A stretch of DNA of 34,013 nucleotides, from IMG/VR virus record IMGVR_UViG_3300027509_000029. The stretch is one strand, 5' to 3'. The DNA comes from a virus. The position numbers were made by a program, and so were the translations under genes. Within the stretch, counting starts at the first letter, position 1; every line of letters starts with the position of its first letter. The notes under the pieces are model-generated. The model saw only the letters and a program-made list of their open reading frames with translations, did not search any database and had not been told where the DNA came from. Positions 16,845 through 27,160 of this stretch are shown piece by piece.

Positions 16845-17341
16845 TGGCAATACCTGCTAATGACCTAAACACAAATTTCCCAGGCGGCCGAGTCACTTTG
16901 CTTGAGATGTCAAACGGTACTACGACACTCAGATATACGCCTCATGATGATGATGGTCAGAATATATTATTCGGTGGAAACACCTATATCCCTCTGCCAA
17001 TGCAGATATCAAATTTGCAGATAACGACTAATGGAAGTCTGCCATCGCCGGTTTTATCACTCTCAAATGTGCATCGCACGTTGATGAGTGAGGTTATCAA
17101 TTCCAAAAATATGCACGGATGGGTTGTGTCATTTTTTCAGACGCTTGATAAGTATATCGGCTCGTCTGCACATGGAGATAAAATATTCAATGTGCAGCGA
17201 TACGTGATCACTCAGAAATTGAATCATACGAAAACAACATTAGAATTTGCGCTCGGTCATCCGTTGTCAATAGATGCTGCTATACCGCGAAGAATAATTC
17301 TTAGAGAGAATTTTCCATCAGTCGGAAAATTCAGAATCTAA
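16844..17341 (+). CDS. Minor tail protein (lambda gpL-like)
   Basis: 165-aa ORF. The VTLLEM...LRYTP...ILFGGNTYIPLPMQISNL pattern is typical of gpL-family proteins. Confidence 0.75.
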   Translation: MAIPANDLNTNFPGGRVTLLEMSNGTTTLRYTPHDDDGQNILFGGNTYIPLPMQISNLQITTNGSLPSPVLSLSNVHRTLMSEVINSKNMHGWVVSFFQTLDKYIGSSAHGDKIFNVQRYVITQKLNHTKTTLEFALGHPLSIDAAIPRRIILRENFPSVGKFRI

Positions 17342-18123
17342 TGAAAGTAAATGCTAAAAATATCCAACGTATAAAGGACCATGCGATTTCTCAGTGGCCC
17401 AATGAGTGTGTGGGTGTGGTTGTAAATCGCACGTATAAAAAATTAAAAAACATTTCTGATGATCCAAAAAATACATTTAGAGTTGACCCTCAGCAATTTG
17501 AAAAAATGATCAAGGGTGCCACACAATATATGGTCATCCATAGTCATCCATATGACACCTCAGGCAATGCGGTACAAGATCGTTATCATCGCTATCTTAA
17601 GATAGATTACAGAACACCATCGGCTAGTGATATGCGTTTATCTCAATCGCTCGGTGATGATGTGCCATTTGGAATCGTTGCATGTACATCAGAATATTGC
17701 TCTGATGTTTTAGTTATAAATGAATCCGATGATGATAAAAAACTCATCGGAAATCCCTTTATACATGGAGTTTTCGATTGTTGGACAGCAGTAAAATTGT
17801 ATTATAAAAAAACGCTTGATGTGGATCTACCCAACCCACCACGTAATTTTAATTGGTGGTATGAAGATGATGCACAAGAGATCAATCATTATCATCTATT
17901 GGATGATCTAGGGTTTTTTGAAGTTGAGGCAGAAGATGCGCAAGAGCACGACATTATCTTGTATGCAATAGATACTGATGCTGCGTTGATCAACCATGCA
18001 GCGGTCGTGCTACAAAACAACATGATATATCATCATCTCTATGGTCAACTATCGTGCCGTGAATATAAGGATAAGTATCAGGAATATCAAATAAAAATAA
18101 TGAGGCACATGGATTGTGAGTGA
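17341..18123 (+). CDS. Tail tip protein (lambda gpK-like: JAB/MPN + NlpC/P60)
   Basis: JAMM motif HSHP...PSASD. The downstream segment has a Cys (FDCWTAVKLYY) and a His (NHAAVV) typical of NlpC/P60. Confidence 0.85.
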   Translation: MKVNAKNIQRIKDHAISQWPNECVGVVVNRTYKKLKNISDDPKNTFRVDPQQFEKMIKGATQYMVIHSHPYDTSGNAVQDRYHRYLKIDYRTPSASDMRLSQSLGDDVPFGIVACTSEYCSDVLVINESDDDKKLIGNPFIHGVFDCWTAVKLYYKKTLDVDLPNPPRNFNWWYEDDAQEINHYHLLDDLGFFEVEAEDAQEHDIILYAIDTDAALINHAAVVLQNNMIYHHLYGQLSCREYKDKYQEYQIKIMRHMDCE

Positions 18124-21100
18124 TAATTTAATAGTAAGAGACGTACATTTTTACGGTCAATTAAAATCAAAATATGGTGCGAAAAAATCTTTTCCCGCTA
18201 GTCGTATAGATCTATTGTTAACAGGCATTGCCATAGATGAGCCATCGCTGCTCGATGATATTGCAGCTGGTGAATATCTTGTTTATGTCGGTGATTTGAA
18301 AGATGAGAATATTGTAGATCTTGATGATCTGATGATCCCTTTTTCGGATAACGAAACACAGATACATTTGTATGAATCATTGACAGCAGATAAGAGCAAA
18401 GTAGGAAAATTAGTATTTGGTACTGCTCTTATTGCGTTATCGTTTTATGTGCCAGGCGGAGGCATGCTTGGTCTGTCGCAGGCGACAGTACAAACGGCAC
18501 TGCTCTCAACGGGTGCGAATTTGGCTTTAGCGGGAGCAACCGCTCTGCTTGCTGATCAACCACAAAATACCGATGAAAACGATCAATCAATATTCTCAAG
18601 TGGTCTCAATAATGCAAATGCTGGGTCTCGAATTCCATTGATTTATGGCGGTCCAACTCGCGCGCAATCAACTATTGTAGATCTTGAGGTATCGAGTGAT
18701 GAGGTGCTGCAAAATGACAATGGTGATGATATTCTAGACTCTAAGATTGAGCATATTTCGCGTTCAGTGCATATCATCGGAGAGGGTACTATTGCAGGAC
18801 CAACGCTTAACGGTGTGCTCACAGATGAGCTATTAGAAAACAGTGTGTACGTTAATGATATTAGTGTGTCGAATTTTCAGGATAGTCAAACCGAAGTACA
18901 TTTTAGAGATGGTTCAACAGCATCTAATAATAATTCTATAGCTGGATTTACTGAATCATCGCAGCTTATAAATGCAAATATAGAGCTAGATGCTGGCACA
19001 TGGAAAGTGCTCAATATTCCTGCTGCTAATAATGCAGTAAAACTCAATCTTGCATGGGAAGGGCTTTATAGTGTCGGAGAGAAATACTATACCAGCCAAA
19101 CCGCGTTTGAAGTGCAGGTATCTGTTAATAACGGAGCATGGCAGACAAGCCCGAAATGGTTAAGGCGGCAAGAGAGTATGGTGTTAAAACCAATGGCTCA
19201 AACTTACAGAATTGATAGGCCCACAGCAGCGGATCAATCATGGCGTATACGAATAAAACGCTTAGTACAAGTTACCGAAACACGCAATGTTAAAAAGCAG
19301 GACATGGGTGCAAGCGGCGGCGGTGCGGGTGCCGTATACGTTTCAGTTGCACAAAATTTCGTAGAGAATCCTGCTGACGATAGTACTCATAGAAATAAAA
19401 AACACACTAATAAATTTTCTCTTGCATCTTATAATCTGATCGTTGGAAAGACTGCTAACAAATATACCGATTGTGCTTACTATGGTTTGACTATTCCCGC
19501 ATCCGATGTTGGTGGGAATCTGCGAGATATATGGTTCAAAGTTTGGGGTTTAGAGATCCCGTTGCCGAATAATTATTTTATTAATAGTTCGGCAGATAGT
19601 CGATTTAGTACAGCTGCCTTTACAGGGATGACAAAAAAGGGGGTGTCAAAAAATCCAGCTCTCATACTGCTTGATCTTATACGTAATCAACGGTACGCGC
19701 ATGGCAAACTAGTTGAGGATTATCAGATCGACTACGGCGCGTTCATGAACGCCGCTCGGTGGTGCGATAATTTGGTTGATAATATAGATGGTACTGGTCA
19801 AGAGAGACGATTTGAATTCAGTGGACAACTATCCACTGCTCTTAATAGTTATAAAATGATGGCAGCGGTAGCGTCGTCTTTCTACGGGAAAATTTTAATA
19901 CAAAACGGGGTCATATCGGTTGTATGGGACGATGATAATACTGACAGCATTGCAATCATTGACAACAACGATGTGTTAAATTCAAATTTTAGTTACAGCT
20001 CAGTACCCGACACATCAAGACATACACAGGTAGTTGGTAAGTGGCGTGACCCTGCCGAAAATTTCGAGCTATCATCTGTCGTTGCGAATCATGCAGATAT
20101 CGCTACTCGCGGATTATTGACTAATTCTGTGGAGTTAATCGGGTGCCAACGGTTAAGCCAGGCACAGCGGCACGTACAGTGGATCATGGAGAGCAATAAC
20201 CGTAATACTGAGTTAGTTGAGTGGCAAATGCCGATCACTGGAGCGCTATACAAAGTCGGGCAGATCGTGACTATCAGAGATGAGAATAATCGTTTTGATG
20301 CAACTGTTTATGACGTAAAATTTAAGATCACTGGCGTTGATATATCGAGTGATGGCGTCAATTATAAATTCCAAGGGCTATCGGTTGATGAGCAAAAAGT
20401 TGCGGCGTATAAAGTTCTAAACATAGATCCGGTTTCGGGACTGGTGGCAGGTGATATCAAAGTAGGTGGTGCAAATGTATCGGCTGTCCAAAATTTACAG
20501 ATCACCGAATCAACTATAGATCGTGTTAATTCGCGTGTGCTTATATGTGAGTGGGATGCACCAAGCAGTAACCCTCAGTTTCTACAGCACTACGTTGTAT
20601 TACACAATAGCCCAACAGGCCATCAAGAGCGATTTACAGTGACGCAAGAGCGCATCCAATTGAACGCACAGGATGAGGGATTGCACAGCGTGACAGTGTT
20701 CCCTGTGAGTGTGACTAGTGCTAATGGACCAAAAGAGACAACATCATTGTTTATAGAGGATGTGGCAACGTCGGGTAGCGCTCTCAATAATCCGCTTAAC
20801 TTGAGACTAGTAACAGGTAGTAGCTCTAATACAATATTCACATCTAAGGATTTACATGTTCGTTTTGATGATCCTGATAATATTGATAATGAAGCTGCTA
20901 ATCTTTCGCACTATCTAGTAGAGTTTAAAAAACAAAACGGTGATCTTTTGCACTCAACAAATGCCGTTGGGAATCGTGCTAGTTTTTTATATGAACAGAA
21001 TAGAGCTAGTAATGATGGTATTGCCGAACGTGTAATCGTTGTGGATGTAACTGCAATTGATGTGCTTGGACGATCTAGTACTAGTACATCGCGAACGTTT

Positions 21101-22480
21101 AGCAATCCTGCGCCAGCTGGATTAAGCGGCTTTTCTGTCACTAGCGTACATCTCAATAGTGTTGAGTGGATAGTTAATGCAAGCACTGAGACAGATGTGG
21201 AAGGCAATCGCGTAAGACAGGCAGATAATTCTAGTATGTCGAATAGTAAGATTGTATATGACGGCAAAAATACAAGCGGCTCGATTACAGTTTCTCAAGG
21301 AGAGGATCTATATTTTCAATGTGGTGCATATGATAGTTACAGTGATTCGGTGAATTGGAGTAGTGTAAAAAATGTTACAACTATAAACAACATTTTGAAT
21401 TCCTCGTATATTTTCCAGGGTTTTAGAGTATTTGTAGAAAACGGTAAATTCGTTGTTACGGGTAAGACCATTACATATAAAGCACCCGATGGTACTATCA
21501 GTGATGTTCTATTCGACAACACACAAGCTACTCCAAACAATCGTTGGATAGATGCTAATTATAATGAATTCACACGCAGATACTATTATTTTGACCAAAA
21601 TGTAGGCTCCAACGGGGGCATGCAGGTTTCGTTTAATGCTACGGATGTGTTTGCGAGTGATGGCAGTCGTATCAATGTAGCAGTGACCGAAGGCGGCGAG
21701 ATCAGTACGGGGGAACGGATCGGGATGCCGATCCAACATAGAGATAGTTTGGGTGCCAGGGTGGTCTATGCGGAGCATATAGTTGCTGATGAAAGCGTAA
21801 TCGAGAATAGCCTCCAAGTCGGCGGCCAGGCTGTGATCAATACAATCAATATAAAATCCGGCGACGTGAGTAAGCAGGAGGTTTTAAAATGGCACGGTGA
21901 CACATTAAATAATTCTGGCAACGTTGATAAGCTGGATATGATTTTGTATACGTCTGGCCATCCGTCATACTCAAATCTGACGTGGAGATACTCAGCGGGA
22001 TCGAGCAACGTAATACACTCTAATGCTGCGCAACACTACAATAAATTCCCCTACGCTCTCTTTTATATCCCACCTACGGGCGATAGTGAGCCAGTGACGG
22101 TGATGATGGAGTGGCAAATGCATGTAGAAGCAGAAAGAGCGTCATCTGCGGCAAATATCAGATACAAGCCGTCGATGTCGTTTCAGTATAATCGACGCTT
22201 TGCGATTGATAACAACGATGGTACGTATACAGTGCCGAGCCAGGATACTACGTGGGATAGCTTAACCGAATCATTATTCAATTTTAATTTATCGAGAGAA
22301 AATTATTACTCATCAAACTATATTTCCGGAAAATTCCTGATTCAGTCACAAGGTGAGGAGTTGATTAGAATCAGGATGGAGGCTGCACCATATGATATGC
22401 AAAATTTAGTCATGCAGTCCAATTTCAAACAATTGAATTTTTCAGGGATGCGATTCACTGCAACAGCAATACTACGCTAA
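18116..22480 (+). CDS. Fused tail assembly protein I-like domain + host-specificity protein J-like central fibre
   Basis: 1454-aa ORF with a GTG start overlapping the K stop. Residues 1 to about 160 are gpI-like, ending in the hydrophobic stretch KLVFGTALIALSFYVPGGGMLGL...ALAGATALLA. The J-like start follows (NAGSRIPLIYGGPTRAQSTIV). A region resembling lambda J follows (ALILLDLIRNQRYAHGK...CDNLV). FN3-like repeats lie in the C-terminal half. Confidence 0.85.
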   Translation: MSDNLIVRDVHFYGQLKSKYGAKKSFPASRIDLLLTGIAIDEPSLLDDIAAGEYLVYVGDLKDENIVDLDDLMIPFSDNETQIHLYESLTADKSKVGKLVFGTALIALSFYVPGGGMLGLSQATVQTALLSTGANLALAGATALLADQPQNTDENDQSIFSSGLNNANAGSRIPLIYGGPTRAQSTIVDLEVSSDEVLQNDNGDDILDSKIEHISRSVHIIGEGTIAGPTLNGVLTDELLENSVYVNDISVSNFQDSQTEVHFRDGSTASNNNSIAGFTESSQLINANIELDAGTWKVLNIPAANNAVKLNLAWEGLYSVGEKYYTSQTAFEVQVSVNNGAWQTSPKWLRRQESMVLKPMAQTYRIDRPTAADQSWRIRIKRLVQVTETRNVKKQDMGASGGGAGAVYVSVAQNFVENPADDSTHRNKKHTNKFSLASYNLIVGKTANKYTDCAYYGLTIPASDVGGNLRDIWFKVWGLEIPLPNNYFINSSADSRFSTAAFTGMTKKGVSKNPALILLDLIRNQRYAHGKLVEDYQIDYGAFMNAARWCDNLVDNIDGTGQERRFEFSGQLSTALNSYKMMAAVASSFYGKILIQNGVISVVWDDDNTDSIAIIDNNDVLNSNFSYSSVPDTSRHTQVVGKWRDPAENFELSSVVANHADIATRGLLTNSVELIGCQRLSQAQRHVQWIMESNNRNTELVEWQMPITGALYKVGQIVTIRDENNRFDATVYDVKFKITGVDISSDGVNYKFQGLSVDEQKVAAYKVLNIDPVSGLVAGDIKVGGANVSAVQNLQITESTIDRVNSRVLICEWDAPSSNPQFLQHYVVLHNSPTGHQERFTVTQERIQLNAQDEGLHSVTVFPVSVTSANGPKETTSLFIEDVATSGSALNNPLNLRLVTGSSSNTIFTSKDLHVRFDDPDNIDNEAANLSHYLVEFKKQNGDLLHSTNAVGNRASFLYEQNRASNDGIAERVIVVDVTAIDVLGRSSTSTSRTFSNPAPAGLSGFSVTSVHLNSVEWIVNASTETDVEGNRVRQADNSSMSNSKIVYDGKNTSGSITVSQGEDLYFQCGAYDSYSDSVNWSSVKNVTTINNILNSSYIFQGFRVFVENGKFVVTGKTITYKAPDGTISDVLFDNTQATPNNRWIDANYNEFTRRYYYFDQNVGSNGGMQVSFNATDVFASDGSRINVAVTEGGEISTGERIGMPIQHRDSLGARVVYAEHIVADESVIENSLQVGGQAVINTINIKSGDVSKQEVLKWHGDTLNNSGNVDKLDMILYTSGHPSYSNLTWRYSAGSSNVIHSNAAQHYNKFPYALFYIPPTGDSEPVTVMMEWQMHVEAERASSAANIRYKPSMSFQYNRRFAIDNNDGTYTVPSQDTTWDSLTESLFNFNLSRENYYSSNYISGKFLIQSQGEELIRIRMEAAPYDMQNLVMQSNFKQLNFSGMRFTATAILR

Positions 22481-22524
22481 CAGCATGTTGGATAAATACT
22501 AGTTCTAACTAGGATAATCCAGCT

Positions 22525-25314
22525 ATGTCTACTACAAAATTGCGTGTGCCTCAGGGCGAAACATTTTCAACCACATTTCCAACACAATACGATTTTTCAG
22601 CGGCGACTTATTCAGCACGGTGTAAATTTCGGTTAACATCAGCTGCTGAAAAATCACTGTTTAGTTTAACAACTGATGTGGGTGGTGGCATTGAGCTACT
22701 AGCTAACGGTGACGTTAAGATAACAATATCAAGCAGCGCTAGTGATTATGTGCAATTCACATCGGGCAGAAATGTCATGCAAGGATTATTCGATATTGAA
22801 ATAATCAACGATGTGTCAGGCGAAGTTGATAGGATTGTAGAAGGTAGATTTACGTTGCTTCGTAATATAACAAGGGACAATTCCCTTGTCCCATCTCCCG
22901 ATCAGATCAACATATCCGATGACCCAATAGCGCGGGGCTTGGTCGCCAAAACATCCCAAAATGGCTACGATGTTCGAGCAATATCAACACCTTTAAATTC
23001 TGGTTTATTGGTGCTTAATGGAGATGGCGCGACTGCCAATCCGTTGATATCGTTTGACGTTGAAAATCTCCCAACATTAACGCCGTCTCTTGACGATTAT
23101 CTTATCGTGCATGACAATGCTACCGATGGTGTTCATAAAGTTTCGCTGGCTGGAATAAATGCAATCGAGAAAAGCGCAAGGATAGTTGCGGATAATAGTT
23201 TGCAGGCATCTATAGATAGTCTAACATCGTCTACAAGCGCCTTTGAGACAGCACAATATATTTTCAATGCGGGTATAGATGATCGTGTTGATGATGAAGT
23301 TGTAGATCGCGCGGCTGAGGATGCTATATTGTTGCAAACGATTACCGCGAACGAGGCAAATAGACAGCAGGAATTAGCGTTTTACAATGTCTATAAATCA
23401 GATCGCTATGCAGAGCGACAGACAGATGAAAGCAATCGTTTAGCAGATCAAGCAACGTTGCAGAGCAATATAGATTCGGTGCAGAGTGATGTGGATAGTA
23501 ACGAGAACACAGCGGCCAGTGCAACAGCAGCGGTTAACAGCACTCTGAGTGCATATGTGACGAGTAATGATGCGGCGGTGGTAGCAGAGCAGAATAGTAG
23601 AGCAGCAGCTGACAGCACCCTACAAAATAATATAGATGCGGTGCAGACTGATGTTGATAGCAATGAGTCAGCTGCTGCAACACAACGAACAAATGATTTA
23701 AGTAATCAAAGTAGTGTCGATAGTGCTCAAGACGCTGCGATAGTTGCTGAGCAGAGCGCAAGACAATCAGCGGTTACGACACTACAAAATAATATAGATG
23801 CGGTGCAGACTGATGTTGATAGCAATGAGTCAGCTGCTGCAACACAACGAACAAATGATATAGCACAATTTAATAGTGACTATATGCGCAAGGCTGGTAA
23901 TCATGACGAAACAATAACAGGTATGAAAACGTACAGCGATGTTGTAGTTTTTAATGATAATGTTATTTTCAGCGGAAATACTGTCACTGTGAATTCGACT
24001 GAAACGGAAATCGCAGATCGTATCATTACGTTAAACAGTGATGAGCAAAATACACCAACGCAATCGGCTGGCATCGAGGTTCATAGAGGGCCTGATACGC
24101 GGGCCACACTGCTATTTGATGAAACTGCTGATGTGTGGACGGCGGGCCTGGTCGGCAGTACAGATACAATCGTGCTTCAGGGTAATCTTGATGGTGAGGT
24201 GAGTACTTTAAACAGTAGTATCAATAGTGAGGTTACGAATCGCACAACAGCAGTTAGTAATCTGCAAAGTGACGTTGATGCCAAAGAACCGATTATCACC
24301 AAAAACACTGCATTTAATAAAGATTTTGGTGTAGTTGCTGGTAGTGTTTCGGAAGGCAATCATACTCACACAGAAGCTGATATTACCGATCTAGACAAAT
24401 ATACGCAAAGTGAGGTTGATACTGGATTTGCAAGTCTCACAACCAGTAATTCTCTGAGTGGAAATCTGATTCTGGACAAGGCCAGTCCAGTGCTCACACT
24501 GCAACACACAGGCTCAAAAATAACAAACTCATTGGGCAATCTCACTTACGCTCTGCGGTTTTTTGATAGTAATAATGTGCAACAAAATCAAATGAGCATG
24601 TCGGCCAATAACTTTGTTTTCGATAGTAATATGCTTATAGATGGTGATTTGACTATTGATACTAACGGAAATTCGACTTTAGAATTAGATCGTAACGGCA
24701 ATAATAGTGCGGCGCTCGTAGCTGCTGACAACTTTACACAGCTGAAACGACACGATGCGGCTGGTGTTTTTAAAAATCAACTTTTGATTAGAGATACCTA
24801 CAGCGCTTTCGAACTACCATGTCATGGTGTAGATAGCACTAACGCAAATAGTTTTCCAACTCGCGGTTATATAAACACGCTTGATGATGAAAATGTCAAG
24901 AAGACAGGTTCAACAATGACAGCTCCACTAACCGCAACAAAATTAATTGTGAACAATGGAACCAGTGTTGCAGTGCTGGATACAATGAGAAACGGCGTTC
25001 TGAGTGGTAGGATTCTGGATTATGGATCGCGTATTGACATGGGACGTATAAAGGCTGATGGTTCGAATGGTGGCGTAATTCGATTTAATGATAGCTCTAT
25101 CGCATTGAGTCAGAAAACTACTTGTGAGATACATACGGTTGTCGGGGACGGCAGTGCGGTCTTAACGACAAAAAGTTACGTGGATGACAATGCAAATGTA
25201 GTCCAAGCGCCAGCGGCATACAGTTTCGTGATGCCCTCAAATATCCCAGGCCCGAATGATACTCTAGCCGTCGATAATGTTACGGGTACAGTGGTGACAA
25301 TGAAGTGGGTGTAA
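22525..25314 (+). CDS. Tail fibre protein with internal repeats
   Basis: 929-aa ORF after the J-like gene. It has repeated LQ(S/N)NID(S/A)VQ(S/T)DVDSNE modules and a GNHTHTEADITDL motif seen in fibre proteins. Confidence 0.8.
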   Translation: MSTTKLRVPQGETFSTTFPTQYDFSAATYSARCKFRLTSAAEKSLFSLTTDVGGGIELLANGDVKITISSSASDYVQFTSGRNVMQGLFDIEIINDVSGEVDRIVEGRFTLLRNITRDNSLVPSPDQINISDDPIARGLVAKTSQNGYDVRAISTPLNSGLLVLNGDGATANPLISFDVENLPTLTPSLDDYLIVHDNATDGVHKVSLAGINAIEKSARIVADNSLQASIDSLTSSTSAFETAQYIFNAGIDDRVDDEVVDRAAEDAILLQTITANEANRQQELAFYNVYKSDRYAERQTDESNRLADQATLQSNIDSVQSDVDSNENTAASATAAVNSTLSAYVTSNDAAVVAEQNSRAAADSTLQNNIDAVQTDVDSNESAAATQRTNDLSNQSSVDSAQDAAIVAEQSARQSAVTTLQNNIDAVQTDVDSNESAAATQRTNDIAQFNSDYMRKAGNHDETITGMKTYSDVVVFNDNVIFSGNTVTVNSTETEIADRIITLNSDEQNTPTQSAGIEVHRGPDTRATLLFDETADVWTAGLVGSTDTIVLQGNLDGEVSTLNSSINSEVTNRTTAVSNLQSDVDAKEPIITKNTAFNKDFGVVAGSVSEGNHTHTEADITDLDKYTQSEVDTGFASLTTSNSLSGNLILDKASPVLTLQHTGSKITNSLGNLTYALRFFDSNNVQQNQMSMSANNFVFDSNMLIDGDLTIDTNGNSTLELDRNGNNSAALVAADNFTQLKRHDAAGVFKNQLLIRDTYSAFELPCHGVDSTNANSFPTRGYINTLDDENVKKTGSTMTAPLTATKLIVNNGTSVAVLDTMRNGVLSGRILDYGSRIDMGRIKADGSNGGVIRFNDSSIALSQKTTCEIHTVVGDGSAVLTTKSYVDDNANVVQAPAAYSFVMPSNIPGPNDTLAVDNVTGTVVTMKWV
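23620..23859 (+). repeat. Intragenic duplication in the tail fibre gene: exact 78-bp copies 162 bp apart
   Basis: 23620-23697 is identical to 23782-23859. A diverged third module lies upstream at about 23455-23545. Confidence 0.9.
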
Positions 25315-25730
25315 GATTGCAGCGGGATACTGATTTAAAGCGTATCAATCGCGTGTGCGTAAAGCGACTATCGCGCAAGCAGATAGCTAAAAAAAACGGT
25401 GATATATTTTTTACATCATATGAGCGTTGCACTAAGTGTGATCATACTGTGTTTATAGTAAGCATGAGGTTGTGCTGCTACGGTTGTGTAATGCGGGGAG
25501 TGCATGATTTCAATGAGCAGAAATTGGCATACTATGCAGACGAATATGAAAAATTCATTGCAAGAGAATTACCGCCGTATGAGTTTCCACCAAAAATAAC
25601 ACAGCCAAAAAAATCTCCAGAATTTTTACAGTATGAGCGTGAGTACTTTGCTGCTTATGAGAAAGATTGTCAACGTCTAGTTGAGTTGCATCAAGATAAG
25701 TTGCGAAAAAATCGAGAAAAAAAGATATGA
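25305..25730 (+). CDS. Cys-rich (zinc-ribbon-like) hypothetical protein
   Basis: 141-aa ORF with a GTG start overlapping the fibre gene stop. CTKCDH...CCYGC motif. The start is uncertain. Confidence 0.5.
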   Translation: MGVRLQRDTDLKRINRVCVKRLSRKQIAKKNGDIFFTSYERCTKCDHTVFIVSMRLCCYGCVMRGVHDFNEQKLAYYADEYEKFIARELPPYEFPPKITQPKKSPEFLQYEREYFAAYEKDCQRLVELHQDKLRKNREKKI

Positions 25731-26290
25731 AAGTAATCTGGCGTCATACAATCAGCTTGATTTTATTAGTGTCGTTGGCGGTGAGTGTTGCTGTATACAT
25801 TGAATATTCGAGGCCCGTTGAGGATTATTTTGTTCACTATGGAGACGTTAGTACGTTGTTGATTTTTGAATATCCATCTGAAATAACAATGTACGCGTTT
25901 GGCCGTAATGCTGATACTGATCATCCTCCTGACATCGTTTTTTTGAATAGTCTTTATTGTCGTGATATAGATAGTCCATCAGATAGATTTGATTTTATTG
26001 TTAGCGATGGGGGTGGTATGTACTCGTTTGATTATTGGAACACGATTGAGCCAAGCTTGGTGTCTCGTCGAACTGAGGATGGTGAGTTGATTTATCAGAT
26101 CGGGCAATTGATGCGCAATAAAATAAGAGAGTCTGGTGATGAGTCTTATGGTAGTTATAGTCTCAATGATGCACGACCGATGGTCTCGTCAACGTGTTAC
26201 ACAACAACGCTATCCACCACGTATAGTTATTTTTTTAATTTTTCAAAATCGCAGTTATCTTATAGTAATGAATTCGAATATCGTTATTAA
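25727..26290 (+). CDS. Membrane-anchored hypothetical protein (N-terminal TM helix)
   Basis: 187-aa ORF with an ATGA overlap. N-terminal hydrophobic helix ISLILLVSLAVSVAVYI. No enzyme motif recognised. Confidence 0.6.
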   Translation: MKVIWRHTISLILLVSLAVSVAVYIEYSRPVEDYFVHYGDVSTLLIFEYPSEITMYAFGRNADTDHPPDIVFLNSLYCRDIDSPSDRFDFIVSDGGGMYSFDYWNTIEPSLVSRRTEDGELIYQIGQLMRNKIRESGDESYGSYSLNDARPMVSSTCYTTTLSTTYSYFFNFSKSQLSYSNEFEYRY

Positions 26291-26370
26291 TCATTGTTGA
26301 TTGTTTGTTTGTTTGTTTGTGCTCTTTTTAAATTGCTAAATATTTAGTAACTAAAAAGAGGATTTTATCT

Positions 26371-26925
26371 ATGAGTATATTTACGATAGACGAATTATTG
26401 GCAATGCCGAAAGATGCTATAGCCGCTGATTTAGCGGGCGAGAAATTTTATTTTGATCCAAAACGATTGTGTCCGCAGCAACATGTGTGTGAGCGATATA
26501 CGAACAGTTGGAAATGTGTTATTTGCTCAAAATTGCAATCATCGGAGTGGCACAAAAATAATCCGCGTCGTGTGCGTGAGAGTAAAAATCGGTGGAACGC
26601 ACGAAATGCCGCGAGTCGTGCTGCGTATAACCTGATGTGGCGACGAGAAAATAAAGGATTGGTTAATGGTTATTGTGCTGATTACAGAGCGCGAAAAATT
26701 GCCGCAACGTTGCCTGATGTTGATATGGATGCAATTGTGGCGGTGTATGAGAGAGCGGCGTATCTGAATCAATGCTACCCAGGCCTGCTGATGGAAGTGG
26801 ATCATATTGTGCCTTTGTCGGAGGGTGGCAAACACTGTGTGAGCAATCTGCAATTGTTGCCACGTGCGCTAAATCGCTCAAAAGGTAATCAATTGGATTG
26901 GGTGCATCCTTTTGTTATTGACTGA
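26371..26925 (+). CDS. HNH endonuclease
   Basis: 184-aa ORF with GAGGA upstream. HNH core: VDHIVPLSEGGKHCVSNLQLLPRALNRSKGN. N-terminal Cys/His cluster: CPQQHVCERY...CVIC. Confidence 0.85.
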   Translation: MSIFTIDELLAMPKDAIAADLAGEKFYFDPKRLCPQQHVCERYTNSWKCVICSKLQSSEWHKNNPRRVRESKNRWNARNAASRAAYNLMWRRENKGLVNGYCADYRARKIAATLPDVDMDAIVAVYERAAYLNQCYPGLLMEVDHIVPLSEGGKHCVSNLQLLPRALNRSKGNQLDWVHPFVID

Positions 26926-27106
26926 GAGCATTGAGAGAGTCACTATCAGACGATCTGACGGTGAATATGTGACAGTGCATGTGAGCCATAAAGAGTTGAT
27001 AGACGGCTCTTATCTGATGGAGGGGGACAGGTTTATCGGTGTTAATGTAATGGATGCTGATGACAGACGGTTTTTTAGGCAGGTGGATGAGTTATTGGTG
27101 CTTTAA
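26912..27106 (+). CDS. Hypothetical small protein
   Basis: 64-codon ORF with a TTG start. It overlaps the end of the HNH gene and is followed by a strong terminator. Confidence 0.35.
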   Translation: MLLTESIERVTIRRSDGEYVTVHVSHKELIDGSYLMEGDRFIGVNVMDADDRRFFRQVDELLVL

Positions 27107-27131
27107 ATTGCCTAGCCGCAATGATGAAAAC

Positions 27132-27160
27132 AAAAATGCCCTCTCTTGAGGGCATTTTTT
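27132..27160. terminator. Bidirectional rho-independent terminator between the late operon and int
   Basis: Stem ATGCCCTC / GAGGGCAT with a 4-nt loop, flanked by A5 upstream and T6 downstream. Confidence 0.85.

Noticed and set aside
26298-26345. (TTTG)4 microsatellite and CTAAATATTTAG palindrome upstream of the HNH gene
   Set aside because: Too few repeat units to argue for phase variation. The palindrome is AT-rich and short. Noted only as a possible minor regulatory site.
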